A stretch of 64,000 bases of DNA from Schizochytrium sp. TIO01 (taxonomy: Eukaryota; Protista; Bigyra: Labyrinthulomycetes), in the NCBI GenBank assembly GCA_004764695.1, contig SMSO01000006.1, positions 573,859 through 637,858 on the forward strand, given 5' to 3'. The position numbers and the translations under genes were made by a program. Below, one piece after another: positions 21,321 to 33,653 of the stretch (the stretch's first letter is position 1; the number at the start of each line of letters is the position of its first letter). The notes under the pieces were generated by a model. That model was given only the letters and a program-made list of their open reading frames with translations, was not told the origin of the DNA and ran no database searches.

Positions 21321-21925
21321 GGATGACTGACTGACTGTCTGTCGCGAGGGACGAGGCTCTCGCCGCAGGCCTAGCTAGGAACGCGGGCAGGCCTTGCTGC
21401 GCGTTGGCTGGCTGGCGTGCTGTCGTGGCCCTCCTCGAGGCTGCCTTGGAGCTGCGAGATAGATCGATAGGTCGATAGATAGATAGACAGAGAGGGCGTC
21501 TTGACGGACCGATTTTGAAGTCCTCCTTCCAATGCGGCGACCGAAAGATCAACTTGAACGAACTTGGAATGCAAATTGTCATTAAATTCTCTTTCCACTG
21601 CTATGTAATTAATGGTATGCATGCATCCTTTTGAGTCGCTTCGGATTTCCGCGGTCATTCTTCATCGTCTTTTCTCCTCTTTTCATCAGTGCTGCGCTTG
21701 TAAAAAATAATGTTTAAAATAAAATAATGATACCTTGATATAAACATATTATATATCGTGTATATATGTGTATATGAGGCACAACTCCTCCCTCAAGTTC
21801 TTTCTTTCTTTCTTTCTTTCCTCTGAAGAAGATCCTGATTCAAATGGGTTTGATCCAAAACTCTGCTTAGAGAGAACAACTCAACATAAGTAAGTAAGTA
21901 ACTAACCCTGAAGATGAGAACGGTT

Positions 21926-21968
<43 letters not shown>

Positions 21969-23436
21969 ATTTGAAGCCAAGATGTCACATGAAGAAAGGC
22001 CGCCAACAAACGAAGCCAAAGTTACCCACCGACCCTCAGCTCTCCGCGCGACCGCCGTTGGAGACCCATTTGTTGCCGCCGGCATTCATTGACCTCCACG
22101 GCCGCCGTCGCCGCCGCCACCGCCGCCGCTCCCGTCGTCATCGTCGATTTCCGCAACATTGGATGCACTCGAAGTCCCGGAAGGTCCAAAGGTCTGCGAC
22201 AGAAGTTCGCTTTGTTTGGCAAAAGAGGGTGACTACTCTGGGGGAGTAGGCAGTGGCTAGCGACTGCTAGAGAGCATCAGATCGACAACAGCGCGTTCCT
22301 ATCATCCGCCTCTATTATACCAAGAGCGCCAGAGGTGGAGGGAGGGATCTAATAGAAGAGGAGATAAGTCGCCATCTCAGGCACGGCTGAGCTGCTTCAG
22401 AGGCGTAAACGCGGCAGGCAGAGACAGCACAGGGCTTCTTTCCGGTTGGCAGAAACGAAAGATATTGTACGTTATTATCTTTCTGCTTGCCTTCTTTGTA
22501 AAGATTTGGTTTTGTTTTGATTTGTTTTCGTATGCTCGTTTAGTTCTCCTTTCATTTCTAACTTCTTCTTTTTATTATTACTATTATTATTATTAATTTA
22601 TTTTCTATTTTTTGTTTCAACTCTTTCGATAAAGAAGTTTGGGACCTACTTCCTTTTTCTTTTTCTTAACTCCGGCAACGGCCTTTGATGATATGCGTTT
22701 ATTTACTTTGTAGGCTTGGAGGCTGATGTTTTACTTCTTCTTCTTCTTCTTCTTCTTTTCAAATTGCGTGTCCAAAGTGTTTCAAATGGTACCAAGCGAC
22801 CCATTCATTACTGCTTTAGCGCTCCTACATCCATGGGTCGCGCTTCATGGATAAACTCAACTCTCGGGCATCGACCCTTTGCTCCCTCGCTTCTCCAAAG
22901 ACCTCAGAACCGCACGGTTCTGCCCAGAGACGCGGCCCTATCACCTTCGCAGCCAGCCCCCACGAGATACAGATACATCGCTCCAATCGGAATTGGCGAG
23001 AATTCTGATTTTACAAACTTTTTCTTTTTCCTCCAAGTACTAATCAGCTCCTCCTAGGTAGCAAGCTGCTAAGTAGGTGCTAGCAAACGTATAGCAGATG
23101 CATAGTGAGTAGCATAGCAGTAGCATAGCACAGCATAGCATAGCATATTAGAGCTCCATCCTGCATGAGGCCAGCCAGCGCCTACTACAAGCTTATATGG
23201 GGGCTATTGCGGAGTAGTATGAGCTGATGCCAGTAAACAGGAGCAGGCCAGGGATTAGCACGGGCCCGCACAAGTTGAGGGCGTGGCGCGCCCTAAATTC
23301 CACGCTGCGGCTGAGTGCACTGGGGTCCAATTATTGGGCTCCGGCTGCACGGGACAGGGCGCTCCTCCTTGGTCCTGCTCGCGGCCGCGTCCGGACTCCG
23401 CCTCGCGGGCGAGCGTGGGAACCTGAAGCAAGTTAA

Positions 23437-23467
<31 letters not shown>

Positions 23468-23756
23468 GTTCTTTCTTTCTCGTTCTTTCCACTTCACCAC
23501 TCTCAGTGCGCAGAGATAATGAGCGTGAAAAGACCTTTTAGCTTGGGCAAAACCCCACGGTGACTACGTAGTATCTGCGCAATAGTAATTAATAGGCTAA
23601 TGCTATGCTGCCCGTCAATTTATTGCTTCAGAGTCGGAAAAGTACCTGTACGTGTCTGTACGTGTCTATGCTCTGCCTTCTTTGGCGCATCAAAGCTCTT
23701 CGTTTTTTCTTCGTTTTCGGTTTTTCTCAGACACTCACTCGGATCATTTCTTATGG

Positions 23757-23803
23757 ATGTATGTATGTATGTATGTATGTATGTATGTATGTATGTATGT
23801 ATG

Positions 23804-23832
<29 letters not shown>
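23757..23832. repeat. (ATGT)19 microsatellite
   Basis: Direct reading. Confidence 0.97.
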
Positions 23833-23834
<2 letters not shown>

Positions 23835-26195
23835 GTATTCATGCATTTACTTGTTGCCTTAATAGCTTGGGTTTTAGAATCTTACAGAATCTCATATGAG
23901 GCCCGCGTGTTGATCGTGCCTGCTAGCAGGTAGTACCTATGTGTTTTTGTTTTGGTTTTAGGGCTCTTTATAAAATTTTGAATGTTGGAAACCATAATGA
24001 TCATTCATTGCAATGACAAAGATAATTCCACCACACCTGCTTCTTTCCTTCCTCTGTCGCAGTGAGTGGGCAGAGCAGAAAGAAAGTGGCAGGAAGGCCG
24101 GGCAGGCAAAAGAAAGAAAGAAAAGATGAAGAACACGAGAAGAAAATGAGAAGGAGTGAGAGCAGGCAGGCAGGCAGACAGCCAAGTCTTTGTTTCCTAG
24201 CGTCATGCAGAGAAATACTGCATGCGGATGCTAAACTTTGGGTACAGAAATGAAAATGTTATCTATTTTCCCATCCATGTTGTTCTTATGGCTGATCATT
24301 GTTTTAATTCGTTTAATTTGAAAAAAAATAAAAATATGATATTTTCATAATTCATAAATTAAGAAAAAGAAAAATAAGAAATATATATATATAACAGAGA
24401 GGCAAGGTACACTTATTACCAGTTAAAGGAGCTCTACAATCAGGATCTCGAATTTGTGGAGCACTTCAAGAAAGATGCGTAAAAGCAGAAAGGACTCCTT
24501 CGCCAACAGAAACGGTGCCTAAATTCAAGAGACGATATGAAATATGGCCATGAATCGAGCCCTGACTTGTATTCCCGTTCCACTGCTAAGCAACACCAGC
24601 ACAAATAGTTCGCCTCTTGCTTTTTGAGAAAGCAAGTGTTTAAAAAAAAAAAAAAAGGGGGGGGGGGAAAGTAATAATTTTCCTTTTAATTTTCTAAAAG
24701 AAGAAGAGCTCTTACATTTGTACGGCTCGCTTTACAGCAGGAGCAATTTTCAAACGGTGGATAGATTGGAACCGGGGTATTTATTTATCTGAAGTTTTTA
24801 GCAGGAGACTAAAGCAATCTCAAATGCCCATGGACCTGGGACAGTAAGACATGATCTTCAGGGAGATGCTTTGCAAAGTTGTCTCGGGCCTGCGAGCTTG
24901 TATCTGATTTAGACCCAATGTCGTTCCATCAAATTGCCTTCATTGACATCGCAGACGGTTCGAAAGTGCCTTTCTTTCCTCGATTTTCTCGAGTTTGCAC
25001 TTGGAAAAACTAACATCCGAAAAATGCTTCTTACACCAGATACGACATATGCATCTCGGCATGAAAGTGACCTTCAGAGAAAGTGTTAAACATTTTGTTT
25101 AACTTAAAACATTTGTTTTATTTTTTTACAATCTTCAATCCTAAGCAGCAGTAGACCATGTTAAGAAGGTCTGATGCATATATAAATATGAACAATATTT
25201 CCCCTCTTTTTTTCTTTTTTCTTTTTTTCTTTTTAAAAGTAAAAGTTGAAAACGAAGCGAAACAAGAAAAACAAAAATCAAAAGTCTTGAAAAAGTGAAA
25301 AATAGAAAAATGTTCTTCTGCGTTCAAATTCAAATTCAAAATCATGAATCTAAATAACCGGGCACTATAGATCTTGATGAACCGCCTCGCCCGTCTCCGG
25401 CCTTCAAACCTTCGTGGCTCTTCACCGTTCATCATGCCGGGCATGCGTCAGTTCTGGAGACTCTTCGACAGCTTTGCAGCCTGTGCTCGGCTGCTCGTTC
25501 ACTGACCGCTGGCCTGGAAGTCTCTCTCTCTCTCTCTCTCTCTGCGTCGGCGGGCGGTCGGCCGACACTAGCTAGGGCAACCACAAATTCAAATTCCAAG
25601 ACCGACACATGTGATTTGATAACCTAGCTAGACATCAGCAGTATTGGCACATTCCGTAAAACCTGTGGCTTTGAAACTACGTCTCGGGCAGCTCAGGAAC
25701 CTGGGTATCCGGTGTCCTCGCTCGAGCCACAAAGGACTTGTACTGTTAGTAGACTGTGGCGGGCCAGAACTGCTCGAATGGCAAACACATGGATCGTGCG
25801 GGGCAGGGACCCTCACTCTGTTCGTTGTGTTCTATGCGTTCTCATTCTCTTTTCTTGAAGATCATTCGCAAAGCAAATATACTAAGCACCTCAGTTGAAG
25901 AGGGCCTCTAGCAGAACCCGCAGAGCCCGCTTGCTCGGCCACGTAAGTATATTTGGACTCGCTGGAATGTTGGAGCCCAATTGTCTGCCTTATAACGCGG
26001 TTATGACAAAGCTCAACGTAATTTATGTTTGTTTATAGGGAAGCTTTGAACCTCGATGTTCGCGTTATTGCTATCATTTAAAAGACTATGTTGCTAATTG
26101 TTCTAACTTGAATACTCACCTGAGTCAAACGATTGATAGAATACGTCTCGGATTATTGAGAGTGAAAGGAGCAAGCTTTTTAAAAAAACTGTCTC

Positions 26196-26200
<5 letters not shown>

Positions 26201-26236
<36 letters not shown>
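26201..26236. repeat. (AG)n microsatellite
   Basis: About 18 copies. Confidence 0.95.
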
Positions 26237-26238
<2 letters not shown>

Positions 26239-29200
26239 CCGAGATTTCATCCTATGCTGTATCGAGATATAGCTTGGAGATGCAGTCAATTGTGCTTAAT
26301 TTTAAAAAATATATAAAGAAAATAGAGCATGCGTGCATGTTACCGCAAGTCTCAATGTTTAAATACCAACATGCTTCGCGTAATGCAATTTTATATCTGC
26401 AGAACCAACCTTCAAGAAACAGAGCATCATCAACGATGAGGCCTGCTGGATTCAGTCCTTATATTCATTCACTAAAAATCATAGCAACAATCATTTTCAT
26501 CAGAGCGAACGAATAGTTTCTATGCACTAGCCAGGATTATATAGCTTTACAACAACATTGTTCCCAGAAAATTACAGATTTAGCTATCCAGATAAGGACT
26601 GCAAATTTACCATACGCAACACTGCATTTCCCACTTTTCAACATAAAATAAAACGAAACATGTATAATTACATCTTCTGCAAGGCCCTGTGGTTTTCGGT
26701 GAAGGTGGCTCATTTGGAGGCCTCCTCAGCGACATGAGTCAGCGGCAGGGGCGCAGTGTCACCTCCCGGACTCGAAGTTGGTGCTTCACAAAGTTCTTTC
26801 TCGACTGCTTCGACCGGGTTTTCCTCTGAGTTATTGTCCACAGTCACCAACTCTCGTTACATCCAGCAGCACCAGCAAGCGTCACTCTAAGAATAAACTA
26901 ATTCTATGTATGTCGCACACTCTATAATGTAATACCCTCATGTTGGAAAAGCACACTGTCGAATCAGCTGGTAGACTCACAATAGAGTGGCCAGACACAA
27001 CAACGATATGTGTGCGGCCGCTGAGTTCCCACGCCGTAGAACACCCACTCCTGAGCTGACCTCGGGCCTCTCACTTCGACAAACTACTTGCATTTAGTAC
27101 CTACCTGCTACTTTCTCATCAAACGCAACAACAACAATATCATCATCATCATTTTGTTTATGACTACCGCAGAAGCAATATGCAACAGCATCGACAGCAT
27201 CGACAGTACCTAGGTGACAGCGGACCGCCTAAGGAAAGCTTTGCTGGCAAACTAGCTTGACAATGAGCTAATCATTTCACTACAAACACTCAACTCCAAG
27301 TATCATCGTAACACCCGTGGGGGATTTCGAAACACTGTCTTCTGGCCGTTCTCTGACTATCATTCGTTCAAGTCGAACTCCAGTTTGGATTCGGCAAACG
27401 AAAACTCGCGGGTGTGTGTAGTTTTATCAGTTTCTCTCACTGAGCATCATCATCGCCGTTGTGTTGTCCTTTTTTTAATGGCTCGCTACATGAACAAACA
27501 TATAAATAAGTAAATAATTAAACGCTCGAGTGCTGCCTAGGCTCTTCAGAACAACCAGTGAGTACCTCGTCCTGCTCTTGCACGCATCGCACCAAACTGC
27601 TTCACTTGGAGCGTCGCCTGCTTTTGCAGCCTGCCAAAAGTCCGCAGACAAGAGTCGCCACTCTCGACACTCGTAGCACTCTGCATTCCGGACCCAGTAC
27701 TTTAACTGCAGTTATGAACCATATCACACAGAACCTACTTCATATGCACCCTAAAAACTGCTCGACTTACAGAAACCATTTCCGGTCGATGCCAAAGGAG
27801 CTTGGGAAAACTTGGTTGTCCTTCGCAGTACGAGGAATCTGACGACACCGAGTCAAGCATCGCGCGCGATTCGTCAGTAGGGCCAACAGAGAATCTGCAG
27901 AGAAACGACTTCCGTGGGAGGAGTGTTTTCTTTTATCTGCCTTACGTCAGCGCGCAATTTTAATTTCTTTTTAGAAGCATTACTCCCACAACCAGAAAGT
28001 GTAGGTTGCAGCGCTCACCCTTTCTCGCGCAGAAGAGACTTCGCATGCCTTGAAAAGCTGCTCGAGTTCGTTCAAGACGCCGTGAAGGAATCCAACTTGT
28101 GAAAGTCGGAGAGACATTCAATCACTCGGATGACTTGAGGATGCTCAGTCGTTCAGTTGCTAGGTTGATGTGCCGCATTTCTAACCTCCAAGACAACTTA
28201 GAGTTGAGTTGAACTTCAGAATGCAGTCTGAATCCTCAATCTTCCTTTTTGCCTGTTCCGTCTGCTATGTTCAAGGTGGCGAACGTGTGTTTTCGGGCAC
28301 ACAGATCAATTGAACTTCAAAGAAGAAGAAGAGGACTTGAAGAGCTAGCATTCAAGTTAGAGGCGCAAGAAAAGAAGTACTGAAGCACTTTCTAGCTAGT
28401 GCGCTTATCGCATCCAGCCTTCATTGGGCTTTGTCTTGATATGTTTGGTCTGATGGTTTCTGTTTTGATTGATTCTGATCGATTTTATTTGGTTTTACTC
28501 TTTTTTTATATATATATATCTCATTTGATCCAAAATGGAGTGTCATTCTCAAATGGGATCGAATGATGTCTCCTGAGCGAATTGCAGACAGAATGTCGGT
28601 CAAGAGCATTAGAAGAGGGCACGAACACAGGCAGTTGACCGGCGAGAAATTGGAGACAAGACGAAGGCTCTCTCATCCAGATGAAGAGAAAGAAGCCACA
28701 CGAGGCTTGGGAGGAGCCTTCGCAGGTTCTCTCATGTGCAATCTCATCAAATAGGTTGAATCAGCGTTATTGAAAACTGCCAACTTTGAAAGTTAATCGA
28801 CTCTTGGCCTTTTTCCCTCTCGTAGACTTCCTTTTCCGAACTCTGAAAAAAAAAAAAAAAAAAAAAGCATTCTTCATAAATTTTGAAGTTTTCTTTTCTT
28901 TCAATTTATTTTGTTTAATCTCTCGATTCTTATTCACTTAGGACAAATTTTCATTTTCTATAATTCAAAAGATGAAAATATAAAAAAGTGTCATGAAGAA
29001 ACGAAAGTAAAAGAGTTTTTCAAAATTGGAAAGTTTCATTTATTTATGTAGTTTATTTCAAACTAGAAAATATAATATATATATAGATATAGAATAACAT
29101 TTCAGCAGTAGGGAGGCTTTCTTTGATTGCCACATGATGACGATGCACTGAAAAAGCCTTGATTTTAAACCTGCCTTGCTGCTTATCTAATATCCCTGGA

Positions 29201-31339
29201 CGCTGAGATGCATTGGCATTCTCAAGAAGCATAACGCAAGGTGCGCTCAAGATTCTCAAAATTGGGAGAGGGGAAAGAACGCTTATTTTTCATGTGAAAA
29301 GCCTAGATAGGTGTAAGTAAGTAAGTAAGACACCTAGCTAGGTTCGCACTGGCTAATTAACAGAGATAGCTGTGGAGAAAAGCCAGAGGAAGCCAGAGGA
29401 AGAGGCTACAAGGAAAAGGAAACACAGACACTGAACATATCTGAGGAGGAAAAATAGTCTCCTCACTGACACACTGAGAGTCGTGAGTGTCAGTCTTAAT
29501 GTGAGGGGAAAGAAGAATTCGGCTCACAAAGCATCCTGGAAATAGGGAAAACAAAATATGAGCCATGGATATGCGAGGCTTACGCCGGGGATTTATGGGG
29601 GAGCACGCACGCTAAACTGATGCTCCACACATACTGCAACGCTTTTCTATTTTATCACTTATACGTCTGTTGCAACACTTGCAGAATCGGGAAAGGGTTG
29701 CCCACAGCAAAAGAGAATAACGATGGGGGTAAACTAATTTTGATAGGATCAGCTGTACTTCGAAAGGCGATCTTCACACATGCGACCTAGGAGTACCAAC
29801 AGCAACAGGAAAGCCATGCAGGAGATTCCTTAATTCATCTAATTAACGATTCTTCTGACCATGCTCAATGCAATTTTTCAATCATAACCGAATCATGTTT
29901 AATAATATGACTAAATTCCAGCAAGAAAGCATTCCTGAGTCTAGATTTGTAACAATTCTTCAATCAGGCTTGATGGATACCTCAACGTTTTAAATGATTG
30001 TGATAGTACGCAACAAGATGTGGCGTGAGACTTCACTTTGCTTATAACACCCAAAAATCTGATCAATACTATGTCGCGAGATAGACACTCGTTAACTCTT
30101 GAGGTCTTAGATACCAAATATTGCGTTGTCTAATGAGCGGAAAACACTACAGAACATCATGTGGTATCTTTCCCAGTACTTTTAAGCTCTAATGTGGTGA
30201 AATGTATATCGCCATGGCTTTTAAGAGTGCTAAAATATCGTATAGACAAAATATCACTTCCAATAAATTAATAACCCCTCTTTCACCCTATTGAATTCGC
30301 ACCAAGCTTTTCTTGAAAAAGGAACTTGGCTCGAACAGAGCACCCTAAGCAATGTGTCTAAGTCTCATCTCCTTTAAAATGTTTACTATGGAGCCTATAG
30401 TGGATTTTATGCCATCTATATAGATTCACCCTGTCTTAGAGTAGAAAATGCTGTTATTTAGATCTTTCACTACCTAAATAAACCCGCGCAGAGATCTTGT
30501 GCATAATCAGCAACTTAAAGGTGCTAGTTATCGTTATTAGACAAGTTTCCACCCTACGATCGCAAAATTTCGCATTCCAATCACCATCATCTGCCCTCAA
30601 ATAGTCAGTTCTTTGAAGTTAAACATTTTGTCAGCTTACTCTCACTTTCAAATAAGCTTGATATTCCTCGCATTCACCAGGCAGACTCTGCTACCATTCA
30701 ACAATTATGCCGCTCTCAGCTGGTTCATTCTAAATTACATTGCACAACGAAAAAAACCATCATCGTACCATGACTAATATTGGCCACAATGTAAACCCTT
30801 ACCAACACCTAACATAAACCTTAGCACTTCAAGCAGCAACGGAGCACCGCAACTCTATAGATACCTAGTAGATACTAATCATCCCTATCTTACCTCCAAG
30901 ATGTAACCTTTCAACCTTCTGCAAAAAGATATATCGGTGGTGCTGCAGAGATAAGAGTATGCCAAGCATTATGCTTGAAGGCCGCCTTTAGGTTCATCTT
31001 CTCTGTTCAAATTGGCGTCACGAAGCACTCTTCACTCGTTACAGGTTGAAAGTGGCAAATTGTCAAACTACTAGGTTGTCCAATAGATTAAACCTTCGAC
31101 AACAGTAGAACAAAGCTTGGGCTACTATGGAGTAAAAATAGATATACAGTAGGTTAATGGACACTAAGTCTACCTCTTCACATCTAGTAGTTACAGGTAA
31201 AGAAGGTAAACGGGAATGTATATCAAAGAGCAAACCTCTCGTGAGAGCTCCAGACGTTAGCGATCCTGGCGCCGTGCCAAGCTTTCCTGACATTTGATCG
31301 AGGTTCCTCTGGAGGATCTGCATCGCACCAAGGCGTCTG

Positions 31340-32833
31340 ATGGCGCCTACCGACCCCTCAGCCGGCCACCAGGCCTCCTCCGACGTACCCGCCGCCATCC
31401 CATCCCCATCTGCATCTGCAGAGACCTCAACCGCATCCGACGCTGCCAAGGGCCTCCTTGACCTTGCCAAAGCATCCTCTAGCAACTCTTCCTCCTCCGA
31501 CAGCACGATGCCAGTCTCCTCCTCTCAGACCAGCGCCACTACACCTGAAAGCTCTACTGCTGCTGCTGCTGTCAATGACGACCCTAAATACGCCTCCAAC
31601 GGCGCCGACGCCCAGCGGGAGCCGCACCCCCAGCGGGACGACCTCTGGAGCAAGCTTCTTACCGTGAGCCAGCGGCAGTACTTCTTTGATGTGCGGGAGA
31701 ACAGTCGCGGTAAGTACTTGAAGCTGACAGAGGTAGGCGAGAGCAGGTCGAGGTCAACTGTGCTGGTTGCACCGAGAGTATTCAGGACGCTCAGGTCACT
31801 GCTGGTTGGCGCAATTCAAGGGCAATTTGATGGTGTCGAGACGTCAGAGGCAAACCGAGGCGTGATGGCGTCGAGATATGACGATGTCGGTGCCAAGAAG
31901 TACTATATGGACGTGATTCACAACCCACAGAGGGGAAGGTATGTCAAGGTAGTGGAGGCCCAGGCGGCGAGGGGAAGATCTGTGGTAGTCTTGCCGGAGT
32001 CAGGATGGCTGCAGACGAAGAGACTATTTGAGGAGCTTGTGAAGGAGGTCCCGGAGTTTGACGAAGCGCCAGCAGTCATCAAGCTTGCGCCTGGAAAGCC
32101 ACCTGTGGCTCAAAATGCCACCAAAGCAAAGGGTGACATTGCAAATGCAAAACAGGAGGCAGGATCTGGTGCAGAGACCAACTCAGATGCAACCGAAAGT
32201 GACAACATCCACGCTACAGGAAACGCACCTTCTGCGGATGAGGCAGCTTCAAGGGAGAAGCAATCGAATACCGCCGTGACGCAAGCACCACGGGGAAACC
32301 ATGGCAAACCCAGCGCTGGTGATGGTGTGCGTAAAACTGTGATTGCATCACGCGGTATTAACGCAGATCATAGACGTTTCTTTCTTGATTTGTTGGAGAA
32401 CGAATATGGACGTACCTTGAAGATCGCCCAAATGAAAGTTAACAACAGACGTGAGACTGTCATGCTGCCCTCAGAGCTCTTGCCCGCTCTGGCACAGCTC
32501 CTGAAAGCTATTGAATCAGGAGATATGAACCCGAAGATTCCATCTCTTGAGGCGATGTCTGTGCCCCAGCTCAACACTCAGGATCCAGAAGCCGACAGCC
32601 GTCGCCCTCGTGCAATTTTGGGCCGCTCCTTTAAATCCAAAACTCGTAAACTCTTTTTCCTCGATCTGATGGAGGGATCTCGTGGCCGCTTCTTACGCAT
32701 TGCTGAGTCTAGTCAGCAAAGAGCACAACCCCGTCGCACATCTGTGGCTATCCCCGATGTTTGTCTATTATCTCTGCGCCAGGTCGTGGAAGAATTTGTT
32801 TCCATCCAACCTCCTGCTACGCCATCCTCATAA
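31340..32833 (+). CDS. Pur-alpha (PurA) family ssDNA/RNA-binding protein with four PUR repeats
   Basis: Four copies of the PUR signature: YFFDVRENSRGKYLKLTE, YYMDVIHNPQRGRYVKVVE, FFLDLLENEYGRTLKIAQ and FFLDLMEGSRGRFLRIAE. Each is followed by an R-S/E/T..V/I-x-P strand and an amphipathic helix. Confidence 0.9.
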   Translation: MAPTDPSAGHQASSDVPAAIPSPSASAETSTASDAAKGLLDLAKASSSNSSSSDSTMPVSSSQTSATTPESSTAAAAVNDDPKYASNGADAQREPHPQRDDLWSKLLTVSQRQYFFDVRENSRGKYLKLTEVGESRSRSTVLVAPRVFRTLRSLLVGAIQGQFDGVETSEANRGVMASRYDDVGAKKYYMDVIHNPQRGRYVKVVEAQAARGRSVVVLPESGWLQTKRLFEELVKEVPEFDEAPAVIKLAPGKPPVAQNATKAKGDIANAKQEAGSGAETNSDATESDNIHATGNAPSADEAASREKQSNTAVTQAPRGNHGKPSAGDGVRKTVIASRGINADHRRFFLDLLENEYGRTLKIAQMKVNNRRETVMLPSELLPALAQLLKAIESGDMNPKIPSLEAMSVPQLNTQDPEADSRRPRAILGRSFKSKTRKLFFLDLMEGSRGRFLRIAESSQQRAQPRRTSVAIPDVCLLSLRQVVEEFVSIQPPATPSS

Positions 32834-33282
32834 CTGCATTGAATGCATATCTGCAGGCACAAACAGATCCATACAAATCAATCAAAGCTACTTCCTTAAC
32901 GCAAACTCTACACAACACCTTTAAATAAAAGTAAACCTTTCGAAAACCATTCTACCTGGCTCCATAAATGAATAAAAATCGAATAAAGATGTCCAACGAC
33001 TTTGTTAACCCATGTATTTATCTTATCTCAAATCAACATCTGAGCGGTAGGAGCGCACCTTGCAGCTCGCATCTAAATGAGTATAGCCATCATAACTAGT
33101 TCTCCTGGTACACTCTCAGAAAAGAAAACTCAAGGAAGTAAGTGCAAGAACAAACAAAGATATAGCCAAACACAGACTCAGAAACTTTAGAACGCCTCTC
33201 TGTCTCACCAGTTATCCACGTAAAATAATTTTGTTTGTTCAAAATCAGCTCTACTTATCTTAAATGATCTAGACCGTCTACC

Positions 33283-33324
33283 ACACTTGCATCAGACAGA
33301 AACTACACTTGCATCAGACAGAAA
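33283..33324. repeat. 22-bp-period direct duplication (ACACTTGCATCAGACAGAAA x2)
   Basis: Two identical 20-mers separated by CT. Confidence 0.92.
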
Positions 33325-33653
33325 TTGCTTCTATGAATCACGTTATTTAAGTAAAAAGCGCATGGACTGCACAACATATGCATACTAGTGCCAGGCTATG
33401 CTATGAAAGCAAAGCACTTTGCGCAACCCATTTTTAATTGTTTTCTAATGTTTCTTTTCCTTTTGAGATAAACTTGAAAACCGTCGCGCTGCCCAGATAA
33501 GAGTCTATTCTGCAACCCAAAAACTACGACGCCGAAGGGCAAACCCTCTCCTGCACTCGGACCAGACTGCCACGGCTGCTGCAGCTGGTGTTCCCACTCT
33601 TCAAAAGCCAAGGCAGCGTGTGGTTGAGGGCTTGATACAAGCAAGCCAAGACC

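Noticed and set aside
23600-23899. ORFs with MYVC repeats, and similar YIHT (38692) and FVCL (51498) repeat ORFs
   Set aside because: Translations of stop-free tetranucleotide microsatellites.
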